Shown piece after piece: positions 36,547 to 46,625 of a stretch of DNA of 64,000 nucleotides (within the stretch, counting starts at the first letter, position 1; every line of letters begins with the position of its first letter). A program made the position numbers and the translations under genes. The DNA comes from Candidatus Uhrbacteria bacterium. Lineage in GTDB: Bacteria > Patescibacteriota > Patescibacteriia > 2-12-FULL-60-25. The DNA lies in NCBI GenBank assembly GCA_020850575.1, contig JADZEJ010000002.1, positions 238,511 to 302,510 of the forward strand. The letters run 5' to 3'. The notes under the pieces were generated by a model. It was not told the origin of the DNA, ran no database searches, and saw only the letters and a program-made list of their open reading frames with translations.

Positions 36547-37653
36547 TTATGTCTTTATTGCGGCTTTTGCTTGCTTTTCTGCACGACTCGCTTTTGCCGC
36601 TTGAATGCCTTGTTTTAATTCACCTGAATATTCATTGATTGCCAACTGTCCGCATGCGGCATCAATGTCTTCACCGAAGGTGATGCGATGAGTTACCGAA
36701 ATACCGGCACGTTGCAATAAATGCATAAAGCGTATACGAGAAGGTGTTGCAGTAGACGTATATGCGTCAGTATCGTGATACTTTATTAAATTTATATGGT
36801 ATAAACGTCGATCTTTTTCGAGCAATTTAATCAATGCCTCCGCTTCTGCTTCACTATCGTTAATATCTTTTAACATCAAATATTCAAAAAAAACTTTACG
36901 ATTTGTTTTGCGTGTATATGTCTCAATCGCAGCCATCAGCTTTTCAATAGGAAATGCTTTATTTACTGGCATAATTTTAGAACGAGTTGTATTTACCGCC
37001 GAATGTAGCGATATCGCCAGATTTACCTGAATTTGTTCATCAGCTAAACGTAAAATTCCGGGAATGAGACCACATGTAGAAATTGAAATATGACGAGCAC
37101 CCAAATTTATTCCTTCGTGATCATTTAAGGTACGAACTGATTTCATGACCTCATCGTAATTGTTAAAAGGTTCACCCATGCCCATATACACCACATTTGT
37201 TACATGCGCATTACCATTTTCTTTCAACCAACGTCGCATTTGTACAACCTGTTCCGCAATTTCGTCTGATGTTAAATTTCGATTCAAACCCATTGTACCC
37301 GTCGCACAAAAACTACAAGCCATTGCGCAACCCACCTGTGAAGAAATACAGACCGTATTTCGACCACCTTCGTGACGCATAATGACAGTTTCAATTTTTT
37401 TTCCATCTTTTAATTCAAATAAGGTCTTAACCGTGTCTCCTTTGCTGCTTACTTGCGTTTTAAGAGGTTTCAATTCATCCCATGGTATTTCTCTTGCGGC
37501 TGCGTCGCGGAGTGCTTTAGACCAGGTACTTACTCCATCCCAGGAAGTAATCCCTTCAACATAAAAAGCGCGTTTAACTTGAGATAAACGGAAAATTGGT
37601 TGTTTTTGCTCCTTTAAGAATTGGGTAACGGCTGCAAGTTTCATTAGTTCCAC
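36547..37653 (-). CDS. rlmN: 23S rRNA/tRNA m2A methyltransferase, radical SAM (RlmN/Cfr family)
   Basis: CAMACSFCATGTMG and GEPFNNYD. Confidence 0.9.
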   Translation of the reverse strand: MELMKLAAVTQFLKEQKQPIFRLSQVKRAFYVEGITSWDGVSTWSKALRDAAAREIPWDELKPLKTQVSSKGDTVKTLFELKDGKKIETVIMRHEGGRNTVCISSQVGCAMACSFCATGTMGLNRNLTSDEIAEQVVQMRRWLKENGNAHVTNVVYMGMGEPFNNYDEVMKSVRTLNDHEGINLGARHISISTCGLIPGILRLADEQIQVNLAISLHSAVNTTRSKIMPVNKAFPIEKLMAAIETYTRKTNRKVFFEYLMLKDINDSEAEAEALIKLLEKDRRLYHINLIKYHDTDAYTSTATPSRIRFMHLLQRAGISVTHRITFGEDIDAACGQLAINEYSGELKQGIQAAKASRAEKQAKAAIKT

Positions 37654-38612
37654 TTATACGCTCTTAAAGCCCATTTGGCAAGGGATTCGGCTGCTTGAAA
37701 AGAACCTTGTTTGGTTGGTGCTCCTAAAACTACGACGTAGAGGTCTTTTCCGGTTTGATTTTCTGGGCGCACTTTCATGACAAAGTTGTACTCTGATTCG
37801 TATAAAAATCCAGTCTTTGCACCAAGAATACGCAAATCGGTTTGACCTTTTAACTTATCAGTTGTCAGAATAGTTTTCTGAACCGTTGGATTTTTGGCGG
37901 TAAATTTATACGTTCCTGTACTGGCTGCTTTTTGAATCTCGGAGTACGCAAATGATGCCCGCATTAGTTTTACCATGTCCCGAGCAGTTATGATATTAGT
38001 AGGTTCCATACCGCTTGGATCAGCGTATGAACTAGAGGTCATCCCAATTGCTTTTGCTTTTTTATTCATCAAATTCAAAAAACCTTTTTTTGAATAGCCC
38101 GTTGAACGAGCAAGAGCCATTGTGGCATTGTTCGCGCTACCTACGAGACTTGAATAAAAAGCATCTCGAACCGTAAATCTTGAACCAACCGCCAACCGTA
38201 AACGACCTCCCCCGACTTCATCTGCTTTTGATAATTTAACCACGGTATTCCAGCTTGGTCGTTTTTCAACGAACACTAAAGCGGTCATGAGTTTGGTTAA
38301 ACTTGCTGCAGGCCATTTTTTTGTTGGTTTAAATGCATACAGTTCTTTATTCGTAGCCGCATCGATTACTACCGCCGAAGCAAACATATTTTGCTCTGGG
38401 ATAAAATCCTCTACATTTGGGTCACGTACCGGCTGCTTGTACGCAATAGGTGTCGTTTTTTTTACTGCAGACTTTATTGTTGTTTTAGCCGCAGCGGTAG
38501 CCGAAAAAATTGGAATCAAACTGAAGACTAAACAGCCAAATATCATTTTTTTCCAATAACTTATTTTCATAGACTCTTTTGTATTTTCGCCCATGTGACC
38601 AAGATCCGTCAA
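37644..38612 (-). CDS. serine-type D-Ala-D-Ala carboxypeptidase (PBP5-like, S11)
   Basis: SxxK (ASLTK), SxN (SANN) and KTG motifs, plus a signal anchor. Confidence 0.85.
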   Translation of the reverse strand: MTDLGHMGENTKESMKISYWKKMIFGCLVFSLIPIFSATAAAKTTIKSAVKKTTPIAYKQPVRDPNVEDFIPEQNMFASAVVIDAATNKELYAFKPTKKWPAASLTKLMTALVFVEKRPSWNTVVKLSKADEVGGGRLRLAVGSRFTVRDAFYSSLVGSANNATMALARSTGYSKKGFLNLMNKKAKAIGMTSSSYADPSGMEPTNIITARDMVKLMRASFAYSEIQKAASTGTYKFTAKNPTVQKTILTTDKLKGQTDLRILGAKTGFLYESEYNFVMKVRPENQTGKDLYVVVLGAPTKQGSFQAAESLAKWALRAYKWN

Positions 38613-39418
38613 TGTTCAATATGAATGATTGTTCCAACTGGTGCCCATTCATACATTGTTTTTGCCGGACCTATTCCCAAACGTACACAACCATGTGAAA
38701 CGGGGACGCCAAGATGATTCACTCCTTCTTTTTTTCCTCCCGGCCACTCTGGTAACTCATGAATTCCATGACCACGATCGGTGAACTTCATCCAATATGG
38801 CATCCAGAGTTTTGCCGAACGAGACCAGGCACGTGGAATTTTTTCTTTAATCGCAAAATCTCCGGTCGGTGTGGCCATCCCTTTTTTTCCCGTTGAAACA
38901 CGAAAATTTGCCAAAACAACACCACCTAACTCTTGTTGCATTATTTGTTTAGAAAGATCAATACGTATGCGTTTTTTTAACGGTTTTTTGCTTCCCGAAC
39001 GTGGATCAAAACCTTTCGTAACCTCGTTTCCATCAGTAAAACCATCACCATCAGTATCGGAATTAAACGGATCTGTCTTGAATAACCATTCTAAACGATC
39101 ATCCAAACCATCCTTGTCTTGATCTTCAAAATTTTTAGCAATGTTCTTTTTTAATGGATCAAATATATCTTTAATTTCAGTTGAATCAGAAAAACTGTCA
39201 CCATCTGAATCTTTTTTATTCGGATCAGTTTTAAATACGAATATTTCCCATTGATCAGTCAGTTCGTCGCCATCGGTATCTACGGTTGCCTTGACATCAA
39301 ATGGAATTGTGGTCGATGCCGCAACCGCATTTGTTGTTGGAATTTGTTCTGCCGCTGAAACCAAGGAAACATTAAAAAAATAAAAAAATAACACCAAAAT
39401 AAATCCTAAATACCGCAT
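38609..39418 (-). CDS. L,D-transpeptidase (YkuD) with Asp-rich calcium-binding-type repeats
   Basis: HGIHE...SHGCVRL catalytic motif and repeated DTDGD/DSDGD/DKDGLDD/DTDGDG units. Confidence 0.85.
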   Translation of the reverse strand: MRYLGFILVLFFYFFNVSLVSAAEQIPTTNAVAASTTIPFDVKATVDTDGDELTDQWEIFVFKTDPNKKDSDGDSFSDSTEIKDIFDPLKKNIAKNFEDQDKDGLDDRLEWLFKTDPFNSDTDGDGFTDGNEVTKGFDPRSGSKKPLKKRIRIDLSKQIMQQELGGVVLANFRVSTGKKGMATPTGDFAIKEKIPRAWSRSAKLWMPYWMKFTDRGHGIHELPEWPGGKKEGVNHLGVPVSHGCVRLGIGPAKTMYEWAPVGTIIHIEH

Positions 39419-39419
39419 A

Positions 39420-40094
39420 CTAAATACGGTTCAAATGCTGGAACATCCATGTTGAAATTTTATCCGCTAAGCTTGAGTCCGCATTCAAAATAGCTGTTCC
39501 ATGTCCAGCCACTTTATAAGGCAAAAATATTTTGTCATGAACTGGAGCCATATCGAACAATTCTTTTGTGTCAGCAAATGACTGATTATCATCTTCAGCG
39601 GCTATTATTAACAAGGCTTGATCAATGGACAAATTATCCGCATCAGACAATACTTCCATTCCATTGTAATTTTTTCCGGGAGAGAATAATACAGCTCCCG
39701 CCATCCTCGGTTCTTCTGCTAAAACCGCAACTGAAACATTTGCACCAATTGAAGCACCGATCAAAAATATTCGATCTAAAGAGATGCCTTTTTGTCTCAC
39801 CCAATCAAGCGCACCTTGTACATCTAAGCTGTACATTTGATGCTCATCGTCGGTAAACTTTTTATAATCAAGTAAGCCATCAGCATCTTCAATGCTTTCA
39901 CCATGACCACGCAAATCAATTGCAAGTGAAGCGATATTTTTTCTTGCTAAAGATCGTTGTAAAAAACCCCAAGACTTTCGTGTCTCTGACATCATGTGTA
40001 CAAGAATAGCAACGCCGTCCAAAGTTGGAACCGGTTGCCAATCTCCTACAATTTTCATCATGTCGCGAGTAACAAAGCTAATACGTTCAGGCAT
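39420..40094 (-). CDS. alpha/beta hydrolase
   Basis: GASIG nucleophile elbow, DLRGHGES. Confidence 0.7.
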   Translation of the reverse strand: MPERISFVTRDMMKIVGDWQPVPTLDGVAILVHMMSETRKSWGFLQRSLARKNIASLAIDLRGHGESIEDADGLLDYKKFTDDEHQMYSLDVQGALDWVRQKGISLDRIFLIGASIGANVSVAVLAEEPRMAGAVLFSPGKNYNGMEVLSDADNLSIDQALLIIAAEDDNQSFADTKELFDMAPVHDKIFLPYKVAGHGTAILNADSSLADKISTWMFQHLNRI

Positions 40095-40098
40095 ATGT

Positions 40099-42090
40099 TT
40101 AGTCGTCTTTTGTTAATCGTTCTTTATTTTTTTCAATCGGTTTTTGCTTTGATTGCATAAGCTGTCCAAGTAAACCGTTTTCTTCTTCATTTTTTTCATC
40201 TTCTTCCTTTGCTGATTTCAAAAATGCCGATAAATCACCCAAAATACGTGGTCGATTCGGTGGTTCGGACTTTGATCTGACGTTATCTCCATCATTACGC
40301 TCAAGATTACCTTTTTTGGCTACTTGAGTATGATTAAATTTATTTGAGTTGGTTCTACGCGCCGGCGTATGTATAGCTTCACGTTTTGCTGATTTTATAT
40401 CAAGTTCTTTTACTTTCTTTTCTTCACGGATAATTGGTAAACATTCATTGCAATAAATTGGACGACTAATGTCTAATTGAATAGGCATTTCCCATACTTT
40501 TCCGCAACGGCTACAGGTATGCGCAAACATTGGTTTTTTCTTTTTTGCTTGTTGACCTGATTGTGGTGGTTTTGAAATGGCCGCCAAACGCTCTGCTGAT
40601 ATTTTTAGGTATTCGACCGGCTTTGATTTTTCTTGTACTTCTTTTGTTTCATCCACCATTGCATCCGCTTCTGGTTTTTGCGCTGGTACGTCCTTTAATG
40701 CAACCCGTGGGGTCAATGTATGTGATTCAATTTCTTCTTCACTCAAAATTTTTGGGTAGCTCACACCTTCCGGCTCATCTCCACGCACCATACCACTCCA
40801 ACGCAATACTTTTTCTTCAATATCTGCACGTTTACTTGCGTACCTTTCACGTGATACAGCCACTACTTTTTGCTCAGAGGCTGTTCGTTTTGCAATCGGT
40901 GCCATGGTATTTGAAGAAAATGGTTGAGTCGCAACCCCATCAACCATGAGTTTCAAATAGACTTGATATTTTGCCAAGTTTAGCAAATCTTCCGGTGTAA
41001 ACGTCGGCATGAATTCCTTTTCCATGAAAGCAGCATCTTCGGCACCAACTCGAAACGTTATAATAGTTCCGACGTTTCCGAAAATCGCAGAAGCAACTTT
41101 TTCATCCAACTGTTGAATGTATTGATGCGCTACAATCAAATTCAAATGATATTTTCGTGCTTCTGATAAGATTGATGCAAATGATTCATTTGCAAAATTC
41201 TGAAATTCATCAACAAATAAATAAAAATCGCGACGATCAACCTCATTTTTTATATCAACACGTTCCATGGCAGCCATAGAAAGCTTGGTAATCAACATGC
41301 CACCCAATAGGCGCATATTGTCTTCTCCGATTTTTCCTTTCGACAAATTAACGATCAAAATTTTTCCAGAATCCATGATATCGCGCAAATCAATTGTTGA
41401 TTTTACCTGAGCGACGATATTTCGAATGATGGAAGCTGATAAAAATTGACCAACCTTATTTTGAACCGGCGCAATGGCTTCGGTTGCGTATTTTTCTGAC
41501 CATGATGAAAATTCTGCGACCCAAAAGGTTTTTACGACTGGATCTTTAATGGCTGAAATAACGCGCTTGCGATATTCGGCATCGACAAGCAGTCGATTTA
41601 TCCCAAGCAGAGTCGCACCCGGGTAATCCAATAAAGCGAGTACACAATTTAACAAAATATATTCCATGCGCGGACTCCAAACATCTGGCCATATCTTTTT
41701 AAAGACGCCCATTAAACCTGCCGCAACAAGATGCTTTTTATCGTCCTCAACAGTTTCTAAAATATTAAATCCCAACGGATACGAAAAATCCGAAGGATTG
41801 AAATACACGACATCATTGATCCGATGCGGCGGAATAAAATCCAACAGTTTTTCTGCTGTGTCACCGTGAGGATCAACATAACAACATCCGTGTCCCGCTA
41901 AAATATCCGATAAAACCATGTTTTCAATCAGTGTGGTTTTACCCATGCCAGTCTTACCAATAATGTACATGTGACGACGACGATCATCCGTCTTAATCCC
42001 AAACCGTCGCATTTGATTTCGAAAATTTGTTTGCCCAAAAAGGGTAATCTCGTTTTCGTGGTCGTGATTATATTCGAGGGACATAGACAA
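40099..42090 (-). CDS. VirD4/TraD-like P-loop ATPase with a C-terminal zinc ribbon
   Basis: IIGKTGMGKTTL Walker A, LFVDEFQNF Walker B and C-terminal CSRCGKVWEMPIQLDISRPIYCNEC. Confidence 0.65.
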   Translation of the reverse strand: MSMSLEYNHDHENEITLFGQTNFRNQMRRFGIKTDDRRRHMYIIGKTGMGKTTLIENMVLSDILAGHGCCYVDPHGDTAEKLLDFIPPHRINDVVYFNPSDFSYPLGFNILETVEDDKKHLVAAGLMGVFKKIWPDVWSPRMEYILLNCVLALLDYPGATLLGINRLLVDAEYRKRVISAIKDPVVKTFWVAEFSSWSEKYATEAIAPVQNKVGQFLSASIIRNIVAQVKSTIDLRDIMDSGKILIVNLSKGKIGEDNMRLLGGMLITKLSMAAMERVDIKNEVDRRDFYLFVDEFQNFANESFASILSEARKYHLNLIVAHQYIQQLDEKVASAIFGNVGTIITFRVGAEDAAFMEKEFMPTFTPEDLLNLAKYQVYLKLMVDGVATQPFSSNTMAPIAKRTASEQKVVAVSRERYASKRADIEEKVLRWSGMVRGDEPEGVSYPKILSEEEIESHTLTPRVALKDVPAQKPEADAMVDETKEVQEKSKPVEYLKISAERLAAISKPPQSGQQAKKKKPMFAHTCSRCGKVWEMPIQLDISRPIYCNECLPIIREEKKVKELDIKSAKREAIHTPARRTNSNKFNHTQVAKKGNLERNDGDNVRSKSEPPNRPRILGDLSAFLKSAKEEDEKNEEENGLLGQLMQSKQKPIEKNKERLTKDD

Positions 42091-43434
42091 TTAGCCGAAT
42101 GGAAGATTAATCGGAGGTTCGGTGCGCTTAGCTTCTGTTTTATTAAGTTGCGGCGCTTTGACTTGCAGTGAGTGCGGAAAATGCCATAGCGTAGCGAGTT
42201 CTTCCGTGTTCAGGTGAAATGGCGGAGTACCGAAACCAGGACTGCGTTTTTTGAATGCGGAAATGAGCAAGGTTTTTCGACGACTATTACGATGATCTTT
42301 GAACCACCACAACGATCCATTAATGCCAACGCGTTTGGTTTCCGGCTTTAAAGACAATAAATTATTCGAATTAATTTGTTTTATAGCGCCCATAAACGGA
42401 CTAACCGCTTTTGCTTTATTCATTACTTGTTTCTTTGCAATATAGAGAAAACGCAGCTTACACTTATAGACAATTTTTGAACTCTTGTTTTCGATGGCTG
42501 TAATAATGTCTTTTTCACCCGCTGTCATTGCTATGATTTTTGGTTGACCCGCTTCTTTCTTTGGAGGAGCTTTTGGAGCTCCTCCGATCCCAGTAAAAGC
42601 CTCAACAACATCCATTAAAATGGCGAACGGATATTCTAAAGCATTTTCAATAAAATTCTTCTTAGGAGGCGCTACTTCGCCTTTCATTTTTTTTATGGTT
42701 TCCATCGCCTTTTTTGGGAAATCTCCTTGACCTATTGGAACAAGAATAATTTGCCACCAAATTTGTTCACCGGGACCAAGGCGACCCAATGTTTCAAGCA
42801 TGGCAGCCATCGGATCCTTAAATTCGCCAGAAACCTTATCCTCAAACATCGGGTATGTGCGAAGTGGATATACATCTGACTTTACAGGAATCATTTCAGC
42901 TCCCCATGCATCCCATTCTTCATCTGGATAGTCTTTTGGAACCTTGGTTGTGTAGTCTTCTATTTCATTGATTTCCGCATCCGGATATTGTGAATAAACG
43001 GCAGCTTCAATAATATCGCGGAATTGTCGGATAGCACGAACAACAAAATCGATACGACCATCTATCGAAACAATTTCAAATGACAGTGTATCTTGTGTGC
43101 GCCCATCAATCCATTCTTCACGCCAAGAATTGCCTGAATGCGTACCGGCGATATAGGCGAACATGTTATCTACGGCAAGCGGACCTTGTTCGTGTAAACG
43201 TGGAATCCGTATTGATAGAACAATAAATTTTCGTTTATTGTGGTACAGTTCTTGACGCCAATCTTTCCATAAATGGATTGCGGCCCAGCCAAAAAAAATA
43301 ACAAAAACAATCCAACCGCCATTCACAAAAAAGAACCACATTGCCTCAAATGGGTTGTCACTAAAACTTTTAATCAGTGAGATGTCTAGACCGGAAAAGA
43401 GTTCGTCCATGAAAGTATGTTTAAAGTATAACAT
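42091..43434 (-). CDS. membrane protein partner of the VirD4/TraD-like ATPase
   Basis: Abuts the ATPase gene with no gap. Has an N-terminal TM hairpin. Confidence 0.6.
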   Translation of the reverse strand: MLYFKHTFMDELFSGLDISLIKSFSDNPFEAMWFFFVNGGWIVFVIFFGWAAIHLWKDWRQELYHNKRKFIVLSIRIPRLHEQGPLAVDNMFAYIAGTHSGNSWREEWIDGRTQDTLSFEIVSIDGRIDFVVRAIRQFRDIIEAAVYSQYPDAEINEIEDYTTKVPKDYPDEEWDAWGAEMIPVKSDVYPLRTYPMFEDKVSGEFKDPMAAMLETLGRLGPGEQIWWQIILVPIGQGDFPKKAMETIKKMKGEVAPPKKNFIENALEYPFAILMDVVEAFTGIGGAPKAPPKKEAGQPKIIAMTAGEKDIITAIENKSSKIVYKCKLRFLYIAKKQVMNKAKAVSPFMGAIKQINSNNLLSLKPETKRVGINGSLWWFKDHRNSRRKTLLISAFKKRSPGFGTPPFHLNTEELATLWHFPHSLQVKAPQLNKTEAKRTEPPINLPFG

Positions 43435-43478
43435 GAAAAACGCCCCGATTCATCGGAGCGTTTTTTTGGCTTTTTTTC

Positions 43479-44372
43479 TTATTTTTTATTTCGTTTCGAT
43501 AAACTATTCCAAGCAACCAGAATCGGTGGGGCGATAAAAATGGAAGAATAGGTTCCGGTTGCGATACCCACGATCAACGCCAAGGAAAAATCACGAACGG
43601 ATTCGCCGCCAAAAAAATACACCGAGATCAAGGTTAACATGGTTGTCATTGACGTGTTGAATGAACGTAACATCGTTTGATGTAATGATCGTTCGACAAT
43701 TTCTTCAAATGTTCCTGAGCTTTTTTGAAGATTTTCACGAATACGGTCAAAAATAACAATCGTATCGTTAATTGAGTACCCCATGATGGTCAGAATAGCT
43801 GCTATAAAAGGAGTACCAATTTCCACATTATGGAATTTACCTAAAATCGCAAATAAACCAATCGGCACGATTACGTCGTGAAAAGCAGAAAAAATCACAA
43901 TCAAACCATATTTCCAACTTGCGACAGGTGCAGAAATATTACGAAATGACCAAGCGATAAAACCAAGAATAGCAAGAAATATAATCACCAATGCCGTCAC
44001 TGATTTTTGGCGCAACTCTTCACCGATAGCTGGACCAATTGCATTATATTCAAGTTCTTGAATATTCCCGTACTTTTCTTTCATTACTTTCGTAATTTCT
44101 TGGTGTTCGGCTTCCTCAATATTCTTCAAGCGTAAGTTTATATCTTTTTCTCCAACGGGTTGAATCGTCACACTGCCGAGGTTAAACGGCTTTAGATCTT
44201 CTTCGACTTGAATGACGGTTGGACGTTCACCTTCAAAACGCAAAGACATCAAGGTACCGCCTGTAAAATCAATTCCTTGCTTTAAACCAAACATTGCGAG
44301 ACAAATAATCGAACCGCTGATCAATACAGCCGAGCAGGTAAACCAGAGATTTCGAAGCTTAATGATATTCAT
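43479..44372 (-). CDS. secF: protein translocase subunit SecF
   Basis: GIDFTGGT motif, six-TM pattern, adjacent to secD. Confidence 0.9.
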   Translation of the reverse strand: MNIIKLRNLWFTCSAVLISGSIICLAMFGLKQGIDFTGGTLMSLRFEGERPTVIQVEEDLKPFNLGSVTIQPVGEKDINLRLKNIEEAEHQEITKVMKEKYGNIQELEYNAIGPAIGEELRQKSVTALVIIFLAILGFIAWSFRNISAPVASWKYGLIVIFSAFHDVIVPIGLFAILGKFHNVEIGTPFIAAILTIMGYSINDTIVIFDRIRENLQKSSGTFEEIVERSLHQTMLRSFNTSMTTMLTLISVYFFGGESVRDFSLALIVGIATGTYSSIFIAPPILVAWNSLSKRNKK

Positions 44373-44382
44373 ACAGAAAAAC

Positions 44383-46455
44383 TTAGGACTGAGACTTTTC
44401 TTTTTTCGGTACCAAGAACAGCCATGGTAATTTAGCTGGAATATTCCATCCGGATACGAGGCGCATAAAGGTTCTTGTCACTACAATAGCTGTGAATAAA
44501 GACACAAAAATACCGATCGCTAGAGTTAAGGCAAAACCTTTAATGACTGATGAAGAGAACCAGTACAATACCATACACGAGATTAATGTCGTCGCATTTC
44601 CATCACGAATTGAAGTCCAAGCACGTTTAAATGCTTCTTCAATGGCTTGGCTGTAACCCTTTCCGGTTCGCAATTCTTCTTTTAGGCGTTCATATACCAG
44701 AACATTCGCATCGACCGCGATACCAAGAGACAAAATGAATCCAGCAATTCCGGATAATGTTAGAGTAACAGGCAGGGTCTTGAAAATTGCAAAGGAAATC
44801 GCTATGTACATGATGAGTGATAAAATCGAAATCAATCCAGGCAAGCGATACCAGAACAACATGAATATAATAATCATGATAAAACCATACAGACCGGCAC
44901 GAACAGACTTATCCACAGAGTCTTGCCCAAGAGTTGGTCCAACGGTTTGTTGGGCTATTAATTTAATTGGCACCGGAAGCGCACCCTGCTGCAAGCGCAT
45001 AGCGTTTGCTTTTGCTTCTTGCACAGAATATTGACCCGTAATTACTGCCTGTCCGTTCAAAATCGCCGTTTGCACTGTTGGAGTGACAATTGGTTTTCCA
45101 TCAAGAAAAATTGCAACAGGTTTCTGCAAATTACGTTTTGTAATGTCAGCAAATAACTTGGTTCCTTCTTCATCAAATTGTAAGGCAATTTGTGGAGCGC
45201 CGGTACGCTGGTCAAAATCAAGAGTTGCACGCTTCAATTGCTTACCGCCCAAACCTGTCAATTTCCATTCATCGATCGGAGGAAGAATATCCGTATTTTG
45301 TGTTTTTCTGATAAAAATTGCGCGAACGCGACTATCAATCAACGGACGTTCATCGCTTTTAAAAATCAAATGATATCCGAATTGTGTTTCGGTGACACCG
45401 GAAATTTCGCCTTTCTTTAAATTGAAAGCAGATTTTTCAAAATCTTCAACCATGATGCCCTTACCAAACCAACCTAAATCACCGCCAGTTTCCTTAGCTC
45501 CCGGTTCTTCTGAATATTTTTTTGCTAATTCAACAAAATTTTGTGGATTAACTTCTTTTGCGATTTTTTCAATTTCAGCTTTTGCCTGTTCTTTTGTTCT
45601 TGTTGTGGTTGTCGCTGCACCAGCCGCTCCAGCGTATGTAATTAAAATATGATTTCCTTTTATTTCTTGTCCTGCATCTTTCGTTTCTTCAACCTTCACT
45701 ACCGCATAATAAGTTTTATCTTCAATCAATTTTGGTAAGACTGATCCAGCAGCAATACCTTTTACCGCATCAGCAATGACAGAATATTGTGGTTTGTCTT
45801 TCAAAAAACCTAAATCACCGCCAAGAGCTTTTGATGCGGGGTCATTTGATTTTTCTTTCGCCAATTGTTCCACTTTGGAAGGATCCTTTATGGATTCGGC
45901 AAGCAAAGCATCAGCAGACGCTTTTTCTTTGGCATTCGCCTCAGCTAATTTCTTTTTTTCATCAGCCGTCATTTCACGTGGCTTTTCATCATTCCCTTCT
46001 TTAAATTCCAAAATAGGAGTTTCGCCGATTGTCTTAATAGCCTGATTGACATCCCGAATACCAGCGAGTTCAACGGAAACGCGATACGCCTCTCCGGCAC
46101 GTGCAGTTTGCACAAGCGGTTCAGATACACCAAGCGCATTCACTCGACGTTCGATTAGATCGCGAACGCCAGCTAATTGTGAAGCGCGCTCGCTTTCCTC
46201 GATCTTGCTCATATCCGCCTCGTACTCAAGACGTGTCCCCCCTTGTAAATCCAAACCAAGAACGAATCCTTTTTCAACGGTTGGAATATGGAAACCAAAC
46301 ACTCCATTTACTTTATTAATCAACCAGTTTGCTGGTGGTGGATATGATAAGCCACCCAAGATGAGCGCAAGTAGAACAAGTAGAGTAGTCCGCCGTTTGA
46401 CGCTCGAAAACGGTAAAGACTTCGAAACCGGTTTAGACATAGTAGAATGAGGCAA
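44383..46455 (-). CDS. secD: protein translocase subunit SecD with inserted parvulin-type PPIase module(s)
   Basis: LGLDLQGGT and a C-terminal six-TM SecD core. Residues about 155-372 carry GGDLGFL.. and GNHILI...GGDLGWF...FGYHLI parvulin signatures. Confidence 0.9.
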   Translation of the reverse strand: MPHSTMSKPVSKSLPFSSVKRRTTLLVLLALILGGLSYPPPANWLINKVNGVFGFHIPTVEKGFVLGLDLQGGTRLEYEADMSKIEESERASQLAGVRDLIERRVNALGVSEPLVQTARAGEAYRVSVELAGIRDVNQAIKTIGETPILEFKEGNDEKPREMTADEKKKLAEANAKEKASADALLAESIKDPSKVEQLAKEKSNDPASKALGGDLGFLKDKPQYSVIADAVKGIAAGSVLPKLIEDKTYYAVVKVEETKDAGQEIKGNHILITYAGAAGAATTTTRTKEQAKAEIEKIAKEVNPQNFVELAKKYSEEPGAKETGGDLGWFGKGIMVEDFEKSAFNLKKGEISGVTETQFGYHLIFKSDERPLIDSRVRAIFIRKTQNTDILPPIDEWKLTGLGGKQLKRATLDFDQRTGAPQIALQFDEEGTKLFADITKRNLQKPVAIFLDGKPIVTPTVQTAILNGQAVITGQYSVQEAKANAMRLQQGALPVPIKLIAQQTVGPTLGQDSVDKSVRAGLYGFIMIIIFMLFWYRLPGLISILSLIMYIAISFAIFKTLPVTLTLSGIAGFILSLGIAVDANVLVYERLKEELRTGKGYSQAIEEAFKRAWTSIRDGNATTLISCMVLYWFSSSVIKGFALTLAIGIFVSLFTAIVVTRTFMRLVSGWNIPAKLPWLFLVPKKEKSQS

Positions 46456-46625
46456 AGTCTAGCGGAAAGTGTCAAAAGAAACAAGAGAAAGCTAAAAATG
46501 AGAATTCCAGTGGCTGTAAATTTTTATCTTCTTGCGTATTTTGTGCATGAAGAAATACACAATTTCTTATAAAGAAGGGTAAAATAATCCGTTTTTTTTC
46601 CTTTGAAACCTTCGTCATCTCCAAA

